From Callorhinchus milii (Eukaryota), in contig NW_024704743.1 in NCBI RefSeq assembly GCF_018977255.1, positions 51,648,001-51,712,000 of the forward strand: 64,000 bases of DNA, in the 5' to 3' direction. A program made the translations under genes and the position numbers. Position 1 is the stretch's first letter, and the number at the start of each line of letters is the position of its first letter. Below, in pieces: positions 38,870 through 51,272 of the stretch. Under the pieces are notes generated by a model. The model saw nothing but the letters and a program-made list of their open reading frames with translations, was not told where the DNA came from and made no database searches.

Positions 38870-39485
38870 TATAGACAGATACTTGAGTATTAGAGGTAAT
38901 AAGAGGTATAGCAAAAGGACGCGAAACTAGGTTGAAAAATCTGCCAAGATTTAACAGAACATGATGGAACAGGCGTGATGGGCTGAATGGCCTTCTCCTG
39001 TTTTCCTCTCTTCCTGTCAGTTTATTCACATGAATGCTGGTCACTGGGTGAAATACTGCTGGGTGGCCAGTAGCCATGCAGCTTGATTACCGAAGAAGAA
39101 AAAAGGAGGTTGTGGTATCAGAAGATCATGATGGTAAAAGCAAAGAATAGGGAGTAAGATAACTAAAGAAGGTTCCTCTGAGTTGTACTGTTCGGGAGAT
39201 CTTCAACTTTTTCATGTCATTTCATTTCAAATGCCTGGTGGAATTTAAATTATGAATCACATTGTAAATGTAAAATTAAATTATACATATCAGAAGATCA
39301 CAAGAGAGGTTTGGATGAAGAAGGTGCTTTGGTTCATTTGATCTCATTTTTTCAGAATGCAAATCCCACTGTCTCTCAATTACAGCACCAAGCTGCTTCT
39401 GAAATGAGTTTGGTATTCTGACTTCAACTGTCCCTCTTGGTAACACATTGCAGCTGTTGATTACCTTCTAGTTCCTTTCCTTCAG
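38870..39485. mobile_element. CR1 3' fragments (+ 38870-39005; - 39295-39485)
   Basis: gatggaacaggcgtgatgggctgaatggccttctcctg; gatcacaagagaggtttggatgaagaagg. Confidence 0.65.
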
Positions 39486-39989
39486 TCAGCTATTAATCCA
39501 TGCCTATGCCTTACTGTAAACTTGCATCATAGTTATTCCTAAGTGAATAGAGATAAACTTGCTCAAATTCAGAGCTCAGAACAGAATAATGTCCATGGGA
39601 AATCATCTACAAAGCTCAGTCATTTCTCCTGGGCAGCACATCTCCACTGCTCCTTCTCTTTATTGTATTCCAAAGTCCCCAACTTTGTGTTATGCATTTC
39701 CTCCTCAGAGACCTTTACGTCATTCTTTAAGGCAAGAGAGATGCATAAAACCCACTGCAAGTACAACTAGTGACACCTTTCCTTCCCCAGAGAAGAGGGT
39801 GACAATTCAAGGCTTCCAGACATCTCCAAAGGCCTATTTAAGCAACTGTGAAATAATTGAGAAAACAAATATCGGACAATTCTCCATAGATTGTATTAAC
39901 AATTATATTTAACTGCATTGTGCGATCTGGGAGAAATTCCACCTCAATCTAGACTTCTAATTCTACACTCGTAACCTCTGGACTCCCTC

Positions 39990-40325
39990 CCTCTCTCACT
40001 CGACCCCTCTATATTTGTTTTCATCCCATTTGAACACCTACCACTTCAACGGCATCTTTGGTCATCTGCCCTCCGTTCCACCATCAGTGGCTATGCCTTC
40101 AGCCACTATGCCCCGAAACTCTGGAAATCTCTCTCTCAATCCCTCTGCCTTGCCCCTCCCTCCCCACCTTCAAATCCCACCTAAAGACCTTCCTTTTTGA
40201 TTGTGCTTTCAGTCACTTCCCTCCTCCCTCTCGCCTTAGCTTGCTGTCAGACTCCGCCACTGTGAAGCACTCCAGGACAATACCCCACATGAAGGGCGCA
40301 ATATAAATGCATACTGTTGTTGTTC
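39990..40325 (+). mobile_element. L2 3' end
   Basis: ccttcagccactatgccccgaaactctggaa..tgaagggcgcaatataaatgcatactgttgttgtt. Confidence 0.82.
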
Positions 40326-40759
40326 CTTTCACCATTTCCCTTTTCCCTTGTTCAGTGTCTGATCCCATCGTTGAGAAACCCTCTGATCCATTATCCTAAT
40401 AATAATTACATTTGATATAGAGCATTATCACGTCTTCGAGACGTCTCAAAGCGCTTCACAGAATATACTGTAAAGTGAATTGACTATATACTTTGTGTGC
40501 ACAATTTGAATACAGTTCTTAAATACAGTCTTTAATTTTGAAGCTTCTTTTTAAACTATAAAAAAAACTTTAAAATTACAACTAATTTTAACAATTGCCC
40601 AAAATTTGCACACCTGGAAATGTTAAGAAAAAGGTCTAAGCCTGGACCCAGGTGGAATTTCTCCCCTATCAGTCTATTGATGAATTTATTTCAGGACAAG
40701 CAAATTATATTTAATAAAATAATAACATAATACTGCAGTTGATGTCATGTGGAATATCA

Positions 40760-41060
40760 CATTGTTGAAATGTTTCAAACCCATCATAAGATTTACTGTA
40801 AAAGTGTAGTGACTGTGTATCTTGTAAGCAAACACAGCCAATATGTGCATAACAATATCCCACAAAGAGCCATGAGGCAAATTATTAATTTTATCTTGGG
40901 GATTGTTACCCAGTGCAATGAGAGAAAATCCCTTCCCTGTTCAAATTGTGTTATGGGATTTTTATTGCCCACTTGAACAGGCAGACAGGACCTCAGTTTT
41001 GTGTGTCATCCAAAAGATGGCAGCTCCAACAAAATAGCGCTCCCGGGCACTGCAAGAGGA
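40760..41060 (-). mobile_element. Deu-SINE
   Basis: cagccaatatgtgcataacaatatcccacaaagagccatg..ggcagacaggacctcagttt. Confidence 0.75.
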
Positions 41061-41618
41061 AGCATTAATCCCTTGGACAGTAAATAATGTCTTGTTTTCT
41101 GAAGAATTTTGAAAATGGAAATGGTGCCTTTATTCAAGCTTCTTTCACATTGTTATCCCACTGTACCACAACTGATGAGGTAGATGAGCAAACTGACAAA
41201 TCACAATCTTGTGAAAAATATATGCAAAGCAAACATTACAAATGTTAAAGTATGTGAAATATATGTAATTTCTTTTACCAAATATTATTTTCAGACACTT
41301 AAACATGAGCGAACCAAAACAGAACAACCCACAGTACACAACTGCAAAAGATATTTTAAAAATGTGAGGTCACATGGATCATGGATCAGCAAGGTCAAAG
41401 TTTGAACTAGTCTGTTCAGGAAATGTCTGGTCAGGAATTTAAAAAAGGCAGAATAAACCACCTTGAGTTAAATATACTGCCGTTACCTATTAATTCTACT
41501 CTCATAATTTCTTTAATGTACCTTCAACCCACTACTTTAAAAGCTTCAGGTATTTTTGTTTCTTTTTGTAGCATTGCTCAGATATATGCTATTTAGAACC
41601 AATTATCTGTGCAGTTTT

Positions 41619-41797
41619 CCACTGTGGACTTGTGTCCGCTGGGAAGTGGACCTGGACTGTCAAAACTCATTTCACTTTGGATCTTTAACAGTACTTGGGG
41701 AGAGCAGAACTGAATTCCCTGGTGCCTGAGCTAGATGTGAATTCCGGTCCAAGAGGTGAAAGGGCAACGTTCTAACACACGACACCACCTGAACCCC
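41619..41797 (-). mobile_element. LF-SINE-like element, 5' about 180 bp
   Basis: Minus strand gccctttcacctcttggaccggaattcacatctagctcagg..gtgaaatgagttttgacagtccaggtccacttcccagcggacacaagtccaca resembles remembered LF-SINE blocks GCCTTTCACCTC and GTGAAATGAGTT..GTCCAGTTCCTAGTGGACA..GTCCACA. Confidence 0.7.
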
Positions 41798-43499
41798 GAC
41801 AGAGATTTCCTTTTGCTGCACACTCGTGGGCTGTACCTGCACTCTTGCCTGTGTGTTGTGTCACATATGTGACATATTATAGTTACCTTCACTTCAGCAA
41901 AATAACACAACCACTTTAATGTAAAGAACAGAATAGAAGTATTTAATTACTAAATACTTCTGATGTTACTCAGCCAAAGAACAATATTATTGTATCAGAC
42001 ACTGAGCCATGTGTAAGTTGAAAACAGATACTCAAAAAATACAAAACTGAATATTTTATTTATTCCATGCAATGCTATTTATGGAACCTGTCAACCCCAG
42101 CTCGCAAATAATGTGGTTTCCCTCTTCGTTCACTAGTGACATTTGCAAGTTCTCAGTTGGACTGCTAGATGGAGCAGTGTGAGGTGGGATGGTGAAACAA
42201 GAAAGTATTGTCCTTCCTCACAGAAACACATATCCTGCTGGCCATTCAATCAATTGCATAATTAAAGACACGGTAGACAGCTCCACAATCTGGACCATCC
42301 AATCTTCTGTCTTACAGAGAAAGTGTTGTGATGGAAGCCACATTAGAGAACGTGTAAATGGAAATTAATATATATATATATGCTTTAAAAATTGAATAGT
42401 GTGCTACAAAGTTGTAATCTGGCCTTTGCTGCATGAGGAAATAATTCTGGTTGGTTCATCCTTCCCAAGGACTGGTACACGATAACTCCAATTGCAGTTT
42501 GCATAGTAGCCACAGCACATGGGGCAATTCGTAAGTAATGAAATGAAATAAAGCAATACTTTTCATAAAAGTGCAATATTTCACATGAATTGAAATACAG
42601 GATAATTTCTTCATTTATTATCTGGATAATTTCTTCATATTGAGTAGAGCAGTCCTGTTTATAGCTTTTAACACAGACCAAATTCTTTCAAAAGCCTCAT
42701 CAAGGCATTAGAATTTTGATGTGGGCCTGTTTTAGATTTTGTGAAAAAAATCAGCTGCAGTTCATTTCACTTAAATGAATGAAAGCACAACAGTGAGATT
42801 TCTGGAATGTGTTATTTTTTTATTTCATGGTGACAACTGGTTCTAGATTTTCAGAGCAAACACATTCCACAATTATGGTTTCATGCAGATAGCCAGGGGA
42901 ATGTTTTCATCAAATAAAATAATAAAAAATATTCCATTTCCTTTTTTGCCTTTATATGAGGTGCCAAGGGAGTTTTTTAAAAAATCAGAAAGGGTTCCAT
43001 GCTGAGCATCATTCTACCCAACACAATTTATTTTCTCTGTAAGCATTTGTGATAATGCAAAGCATTTGGGGTGGATTTTGCAACCTATGATGTATTATCT
43101 AACATTGATTATAATTCCGAAAGTTGTAGTGATTGGCAGATCCAGTGGGCAGCTACAGACCTAACATGTGGTGAACAATCCCATAACAATAAAGAAAGGG
43201 ATCTCTCCCAGTGCCCTAGCCAGCAATCTGCCATATGAATTGGTTGTTTATTTTATGGTTGTTTGTGGGATTTAGCTGGGTATAAAATGGAGGCCACACT
43301 TTCCTTCAAAATAAAGAGTGACTCACTTGATAGCAATTCCCTGAGTAGGGCTTTGAGGTGCTGGAACACTGTAGGTGCTATACCAAATGTAAGGACTATT
43401 AATTGTCCCTGGCAATTGATTTTAGCTGAAAATGACAGGGGATGGCTGAAATGATCTTTCGGTTGCGTACCATATTTTTTGTATCTAATAACGTAGCTT

Positions 43500-44330
43500 T
43501 CTCTCTCCCCCCCACGCCACGTTAAATCTCATTAAATCCAAGGGTGGTACATGCACACTCTTATAGTAATTATCCAATAGACACTTATAAAAGACCGTAA
43601 CTTCTTAATCAGTTTATAATTACCGTTTCAATGATCCTGTGCGTTAACGTTTGACCTTCAACAACTCTGACCTGATCTTAATTAGCTCTAATATCGAATC
43701 ATCACTATATAAGAAACTAGCCATGACCAAATGAATGAACTCCAGGTAAAGCTAATTTCTGGAGCAATTATCTTTTCATGTAGTGAGATTTAAATGATTA
43801 TCTGCACAATTTCACACAGTTTCATGTAATTCTCTGTCATTACAAATTCTGTTTTAAATCACTTTTCAAAGGCAAAGCTCCATGATTGGGTTTTAAACGG
43901 GAGTGAATTTGACATTTCACATCAGAAACTACTACCAAAAGCATCATAAGATGTCTCTGCATGACTGACGCAAAAAAATCCTGCATCCAATTAGCAAAAT
44001 AACATTTGTATTTCAACAGCATGGCAGCTAATTCTGAGCGCATTTCATCAAGGACATCAACCCTCAAAAAAAATCAGTCTGTAATTGATCAAAGTTAGCC
44101 ATTAAATCTCTCTGGTCAGGACTATTCAAATGTTAACGGTTCCCAGTCACAAGCCAAAACATTTGTCCTACTGCCGACACATAAAGATACTTGCCTGTTG
44201 TGGGTGATTGATCTGAAAGGTAATTTAAATGGAGGATGTTATGTACATCGTTTCAATGATACCACAGTGACAGGCCAGATGAGGTTCTGTGATGAATCAC
44301 CTAAATACAAAACACAGAAGAGGTTCCATT
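43500..44330. promoter_or_regulatory. Repeat-free CNE/enhancer-like block
   Basis: No recognisable TE; dense TAAT/ATTA, TGACCT (twice near 43653-43673), TGATTGAT (44205-44212) and ATCAAAG motifs; retained CpGs. Conservation itself cannot be seen here. Confidence 0.45.
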
Positions 44331-45223
44331 AAATGGCAGGATTCTCTCTCTCTCTCTGTAACTTTTCTTACACAATTCAGATATTTGATCTTAATGTTAC
44401 ACAATCAAAACCTGATAAAACTACAGTGTTTAAGATTGCAAAGGCAGATTTATATGTCAATTCTTTTTTAAAATCAGTGCTAACCATCAACAAAGGGTGC
44501 AAGCAAATGATACGGTCAAAATTAGCAATATTTGCAGTAAAATATTGCAAATGACAACTACTGCTAGTAATTGGACGTGCGTCACTTTGCCCTGCAGAAA
44601 CTCACTCTGGTGTGATTTACTTCTGGGCATGTTGGAGCAGAGTTGTCGTGAAACAGAGTTAGTGAAATGCACAGACAGTGATCTCCAGGAGTTGCTATAT
44701 GTGACTTTGTGTTACAAATATCGTGCTTTGATCTAGATTAACACTTTTGAACTCATCACCCTGTTTTGTGACAAAAGAAAATTCAGATGTTCTTATACCC
44801 ACTCTGAACTCCAATGGGGTTGCTAAGAGTTCTCTGTATGTGTAAAAACAAGTGTCACATTGAATTCAGGTTTCATTGTTATTAAACAGCCATTTTTAAT
44901 ATTACAACAGGTGAGTGTTTGTCTACCAATAACATTTGATCTGAATTTCTTTAAACTTTTGTTCAAAAGTTCTGTTAAAGTGGTTGCAGTTAATACTGAT
45001 TGATTTACACAGCTGCCAATGCAATGATTCAATTCCTGAAACAACCTTTAGTTCCTTAAAAATTGTGTAATATCTTATATGAGCCACTTGATAGTATACT
45101 ACTTCAACTGGGACATTAGAATAGTCTGATGGCCAACCTATCCCACACTATCTATCTCTACTTTTGCTTCTACTAGGGACAATTTCTACATGGCATCCAG
45201 ATTCTCTATTGCATTTTCTATTA

Positions 45224-45420
45224 TAATAATCCTTCCATTTAGTATGGCACATTTCACATTGGGAGGACGTCTCAAAGTGTTTCACAGGATATTACTGTGA
45301 ATAGAGTGACTGTGCATTTGTAGGCGAATGCAGCAACCCAATTGTGCACAGCAATGTCCCACAAACAGCCATGAAATAAATAATCAATTTTATTTAAGGG
45401 ATTGTTGGCAAAGATATTGG
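45224..45420 (-). mobile_element. Deu-SINE 3' half
   Basis: caattgtgcacagcaatgtcccacaaacagccatg. Confidence 0.82.
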
Positions 45421-45429
45421 GAGGAGACA

Positions 45430-45515
45430 GAAGGAGGATAGAGGTCACTGTGGATTTATACTTGTTGACACAACTAACAAGAAGTAAAATTCCACACTGA
45501 TCTCTAACCTCCTTC
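45430..45515. repeat. 86-nt imperfect hairpin (pre-miRNA-like or decayed palindromic MITE)
   Basis: 38-nt arms with 32 Watson-Crick pairs and 1 G-U, no gaps needed, 10-nt loop. Confidence 0.8.
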
Positions 45516-45809
45516 CATTGGGTCAGGTTTCATGAAACACAAGGTGGTGTCATAGCTTATTATGTATCATTTTCGTGTGAATTAATACACTTGGCTGTCA
45601 CGAGCTTCTATTACTTGCTCCACCCCTCTTTTGCCATTTAGTTCTTATGTCCACCTCACACTTCAATTGGTATACTTTGTCTGCACTGCCAAATGTTGTA
45701 ACTTGCATGGTATCTTGCCTTTCTGGCAACAAGTTTCATTGTTCAGTTTTCATCTTCCACAGTGCAACGGTTGTATTGTGAACAGAATCCTTCCACTAGC
45801 CTATTTTTC

Positions 45810-46062
45810 AGATGGACATTAAAGATCCCCTGAAGCTATTCGAAAAGAAAAGTTTCTCCCAGTTTCTTTGCCAGCAATCCCCCAAATAAAATTGATCATT
45901 CACCTCATGACTGTTTGTGGGACATTGCTGTGCAAAATTGGCTGCCAAATTCACATACAAAATACTCAGTCATTACACTTTACAGTAAGTCCTGTGAAGA
46001 GCTTTGGGATGTTCCCCGGTGTGAAAATCGTTAAATCATATGCAAAGATTATCATTATTATT
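45810..46062 (+). mobile_element. Deu-SINE 3' half
   Basis: taaagatccc..gactgtttgtgggacattgctgtgcaaaattggctgcc..(att)n. Confidence 0.82.
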
Positions 46063-47124
46063 ACTTTTGCCTACAAAAAAGTCAATTCAATTGATAGTAA
46101 TTACTATAAAGCACTTCAACATGTTTAGGGACTTCTTCTTTGCTTGCATTTTACTCTTTCTGTCATAAGATAGGAGATGTTTCCCTGTGTGAAGGATGCT
46201 ATATAAATGCAAGTTGTTGTTGCTGATCATAAATACAAAAATATAGCAATCACTAAATGAACAACAGCCACTAACAACCAGGAATACAATAAAAGCAGCA
46301 AGAATATCATGATTTACTTTCAGATATATCCATATGGCATTCCCATGGATTGGGAGATCTCCATCCCAGTTATTTGTCAGAATCGCTTTTTGCAATTTGG
46401 AGATGTCTTCAGCAAATATAGAATGTAAATCTCACATTTCCAAATCTAATGTCTGCAGTGACTTCATCCTCTGCCTTATATGCATTAGGAAAATATGTCA
46501 CTTTAGTGTTAACTAGCCTCTAATTTCATAACTGAAATTGGAACACGTCACAGAGGCCAGCTTTGAAGAAGAACCGAGAATTTAATCATCTCCTGCTAGT
46601 GTTTTTGTGGTGGAGCTGCTGATTGTAATGACACTTTTTAAACAGTACAAAAAAAGGTTGCATTTATCCTATTCTTGTGTTATATGTTTCATCATAAAAT
46701 GGCAGTATAGCATGAGCTATCTATCACTTGGAGCTTTTAACGTGGAGGATGCTTTTCTGCACTTTCCTATTAAGAAAAAATATTATTTCCAAATTAAGAC
46801 TACATTTAAAATGGTTTTCCAAAAATCCTGCAGAATCTAACATTGCAAGCATTTTCTACAGTTGCTGTGGATGTCACTGACATCCAGAGGCCCACTTCAC
46901 CTGCATCTGAGACAGGAAGTATATTGCAGGATCTCCCTATACTGTGTGTCCAAGGTGTTTTCACTTTAAACCCAAACCTGCAGTATCCGTAGGTGCACTA
47001 TACCGAAACTGTATCCAAGGGAACCTCAACTATTCAGACTGTATACAGGGAATCTCATTGTATCACTGCCAGCTGTATCCATTTGTCTCACAAGTCACAT
47101 TATGAACTTAAGCTTAAGATCAGC

Positions 47125-47330
47125 CTTAGGTGATCTGTAACATCCACCTGAATGAATACCTCTGAACCTTGGTTTAAGATCTCACGCAAAGAACTGCACT
47201 TTCCACAACACAGCACTCCCCCAGCATTGTATTGGAGGTCACCTAAACTCAAAATCCCGGTATAGGGTTTTAACTCATAACGTTCTGAGTCAGAGATGAG
47301 AATCCTACCAACTGAGCTTGGCTGATACCT
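47125..47330 (-). mobile_element. Deu-SINE 5' half
   Basis: catccacctgaa..cagcactcccccagcattgtattgg..ttctgagtcagagatgagaatcctaccaactgagc. Confidence 0.7.
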
Positions 47331-49449
47331 AATGAATCAATGACAACTGAGTCATCAAAGCGTGTTGAAGAAACAAAAAAGATTCCCAGTGGAGTTCCTT
47401 GGCTGAAAGCCATATCAGGTAGGAAACATGGATTAGGCCAGAACCTTCAAGGTGATGGAAACTTTAAAGTTAACAGCAGCATCCTTAACTTAAAAATTAC
47501 CAAGCGGTAATTTGAAGGATGAGGAGCATTGCCTAAAATAGGTCAACCAACACTGCTCTTTAAATTTAAATTATTAGCCAAATCCTCTATCAGACCGTTT
47601 TGTCTCAGAATTCAAGATCACACAAAATTGCAGAGAATTAGTATACAAGGTCTTAATTTGTAAACTTATTTTCTGCAATTGTTAGAAAGAGCTGGTTGCC
47701 AAATTAAGACTGAATTTAAGATTTTTAAAAATTCTGCACAACATTACATTATAAGACAAAACCGATTTATAGGGTAGTATTAGGCGGTAGTTTGGTTCAG
47801 TTATTTACAACTGAAATGCCTAGTATACTTACTTCACATTTCAAAAATACACATAATTTAAATACTTATATCTGATCAAACCTACACTTTACCTGTTCAT
47901 ATCATCTCAGAAGTCTTTTTTTCTAGCTATAATGGAAAAGCAATGATTCATTATTTTCTTTAACAAATGCATGAAATGTGCAAACTGTCTTTCTTTTCCA
48001 AAAATCTGAAGTATAGATGCACATTTTTAGTTTATTGATAATTAATTAAGACTGTGCATGTTTCAAAAAATGGTTTCTTATTCTATCACAAATCTGATGT
48101 GATAACAAATCTGTTGTTGAATGTGTCATTTTTTCACCTCATTATTTTTCAACCAGTTCTGTTAATGTATAATAAAGCTGCAATAAATAGATTTCCTCTC
48201 AGAACAAATAACATTTGTGCCATGGCACCAAGAGCATGCAATTTCCAGCTCCTCTTCCTTGATTTGTCTGTGTGGCTAGCATTCAATGACCCTTGGTTTT
48301 GTGAATGACTCCAAACGTGAACAAAAAAATCTGACAGAGGGTATAGTTAGCTCAGTCATACCCTCTCAAATTAAAACATTCATTGACACAAGCCTTATCT
48401 TGGCATTAAGGTCTACTTTCAGTGTAAAACCAGGCACCAGTCCAAAGCTGGCACAAATGTAAATTTCAGCAGAAAGGAAGTGGAAAATTGTATACTGATG
48501 GTGCAAAATAGCATTACCATCATTGCAAAAAAAGTGAAAATCGAATCTACTGTTTTCAGCTCGATTGGTTTCAATCGTATGTGTCTATTTTGATGTGAGG
48601 AATTCTATGATCTTTGTTGTGAGGATCTCCCATTTTCTGTACCATTTAGTTTAATCCTCTATTAAAGACAGTCTTCTATCATTTTATGCAGACTGATTTA
48701 AATTTTGCTTAAGCAGGTTAAGCACTGTAATCTATTAAACATTTTAGAGTTCACAGAATACTTTACACTGCCCCTTTTACCAGTAAATGAAAGGAAAATT
48801 ATATCATGTGAAACGACTGGGGAGAAATGCATTTTACAGCATCACCCAATCTAACATCATAAAGCAACATTCGAGGAATATTCTATTAAATGGAGCCTAA
48901 TTAAAAGAACACCCCTTTAAATGTATTTTTTGACATGCAGAAGAAGCCATATTCAAATCAAGGGGAAGACCTTTTCACATACATGAAGCTATAATGGAGA
49001 GCTTAGCATAACTTCTGCCTGATTTCCAATTCAAATAGCAGCAGAGAAGTTCAGTGTGCCAATGCAGATTGGAGTTTATCCTGCTTTCACACTACACAAT
49101 TCTTCACGCTTAGGAAATATTTTGCTTATCAGTGAAAAGCAATGATCAACACCTCACACCCCAATCCCCAAGGGATTTAAGCGGTAAGATCATCAACACC
49201 CAGCAGATGTAGTCAAAAGCTTGTGGGTAAAATCTTTGAGCATGGGTGATTTCACAATTTGCGCATTCGCAAAGCTATTTTGCTAAATGCACGCGTTTGC
49301 AAATTACATAAGATTTTCATTTTCAAAATTTGTTCATGTAGAAAACCACATTGCGCCAGCTACTTGGGCACATGTTATAACATTGTTGCTGACTTTAGGT
49401 TGCGGGAGTGATGGTGAGAGTTGTACTGCTCTGGTTGATGTACTGGGAA

Positions 49450-49660
49450 GCCTGGGAAGGGAGTTTCTCCTGAAGTCTTGTCCAACAATCCTGCGAAGAA
49501 ATTAATCATTCACTTCATGTCTATTTGTGAGACCTGCAGTGTACAAATTGACTGGTCTGTTTGCCAACAAATACACAGCCACTACACTTGAGAGCAGTTA
49601 CCTCTGAAGCACTTTGAGATGATTGGATGCCACGAGCGCTACATCAAATGCAACTACTAA
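49450..49660 (+). mobile_element. Deu-SINE 3' half
   Basis: gggagtttctcc..caacaatcc..tttgtgagacctgcagtgtacaaattgactg..gcgctacatcaaatgc. Confidence 0.7.
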
Positions 49661-49747
49661 TCTCGTCCCTCATCCACTAATCTCAAAGCTTGTTTGAGTA
49701 GGGTTGTTTTATGGTCTTATTTGGTTAATAGAGATAAATAGATGACA

Positions 49748-49845
49748 AAAAGAAAAGCTACAAGCTGGAAATGCACAGCAAGTCACTCAGCAGCTGAAAG
49801 TGAAAGATAGGTTTACACTTCAGGTGTATTCCTTCATCAGAATTG
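49748..49845 (-). mobile_element. Penelope-like terminal-repeat remnant with degenerate hammerhead core
   Basis: Minus strand CTGATGA-AGG-aataca-CCT-GAAG-tgtaaac at 49840-49811. Confidence 0.55.
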
Positions 49846-50989
49846 TGAGAAAGGCATATAGAATGATTATGATAGAAAGGTGTGAACAGAAGACAACCAT
49901 TTGAAACGGTCTGTTTTTCTTTGCTGATTGTATGTTCCTTCAGCCTGTCATTCTGCAGCACTGGTGGACATGAAGCTTTGTTTTTCAGGTCTTCCTGCCC
50001 TCTCAGCCACACATACGTCCAATTTTGAGGGGGTGATACATGAAAGTTAAATTGCAGCAAGAAATAATTAGAATACACGATAATCTGGTCTTTGAAATAT
50101 TTAGGCAATAAAAGAAGACTGCAAACATTTGTTTTAATTCCACTCGAGATTCATTGGGTCATAAACGGCTCCTGTATATTTTTGAATAATGGTTACCTCA
50201 GAAGCAAAGCAACACTGCTGCTAATACTGTGTGGAGAAGACTGGGGAAACAAAATGTATAATACAAAATTTCAATGCTGTAATTTGTATTATGATACACA
50301 TAATAGGGTCGAAAAGCTTGCAATGCATCATCTTCATAAACAGTAGGTGCATATGTTTAAAGTATCAAAGTGTTTTACCAACACAAACTACCCCGCTCTT
50401 AACATATAAAAAGATGAAGTATAATTAAAGATATTTATCAAAATATTCAAACTACAAAAGGAATTTTCATCAGAGACAGTGTTCAGTTCTACAACATTTT
50501 CAAACCACAATATAAGGTCAAAAGAAAGCACAGCTGGGAACAGAACCAATAAATAATTTGTACTGTGAAGTGATGTGTTGCCAAGAACAAAATGCATCAT
50601 GTTTTTTTTCAGTGACAATTTATATTTTGAATATAAATAAAACATAAGTATGTTGCAAATACGGTAATGTCTAGTGAAGGGAAGTAATGTCAGATTACCT
50701 ACTCCAAAGCGTGTTGCTCCTTATTCTTTGAGAAGTACTCTGTGTCCACATAATAATAGGATATTACCATTGTTTTATGGGAAAAGAGGGCATTGCCCTT
50801 TTAAGGGAATTAAGTCCTAAAAAGCCTTAGGCTCAAAATTTCACCTAGGTATAGCCTATAAAGCTATTTTGTCTTAAAATTTGAAAACTGGCAGAACTGT
50901 AGAAACTTCTTAAATTTGGTCTTCATTGGAAGCCAACTATTTTTACAACATCAGAAAATCATTTTCCAAATTACTTGTCTTCTTACTGG

Positions 50990-51272
50990 TCTGCAGATCA
51001 TTTCTCACTCCCTCTAACCCACCATCAGTGGCTCAGATTTCAGCCACTATGCCCCCAAACTCTTGAATTCTCTCCCAAGATTATTTGGGTTGCACCTTCT
51101 CTCCCTGCCTTAAAAATCACTTTTAAAATGTATTGTTTGCTGTTGCCTCTAGTCAACACCCTCAAATTCTCCCCTTTTCCCTTCCCTGTCCAATGATCAC
51201 CATCATCAATGTGAAGTGCTTTGAGAAGTTAGCTCTTCACGAAAGGAGTTATATGAATGCAAGTTGCTGCTG
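50990..51272 (+). mobile_element. Old L2 3' end
   Basis: ttcagccactatgcccccaaactcttgaattc..gaaaggagttatatgaatgcaagttgctgctg. Confidence 0.75.

Noticed and set aside
47893..47926. 34-nt minus-strand AG/GT-bounded segment
   Set aside because: Stops in all frames, modest donor, no independent support
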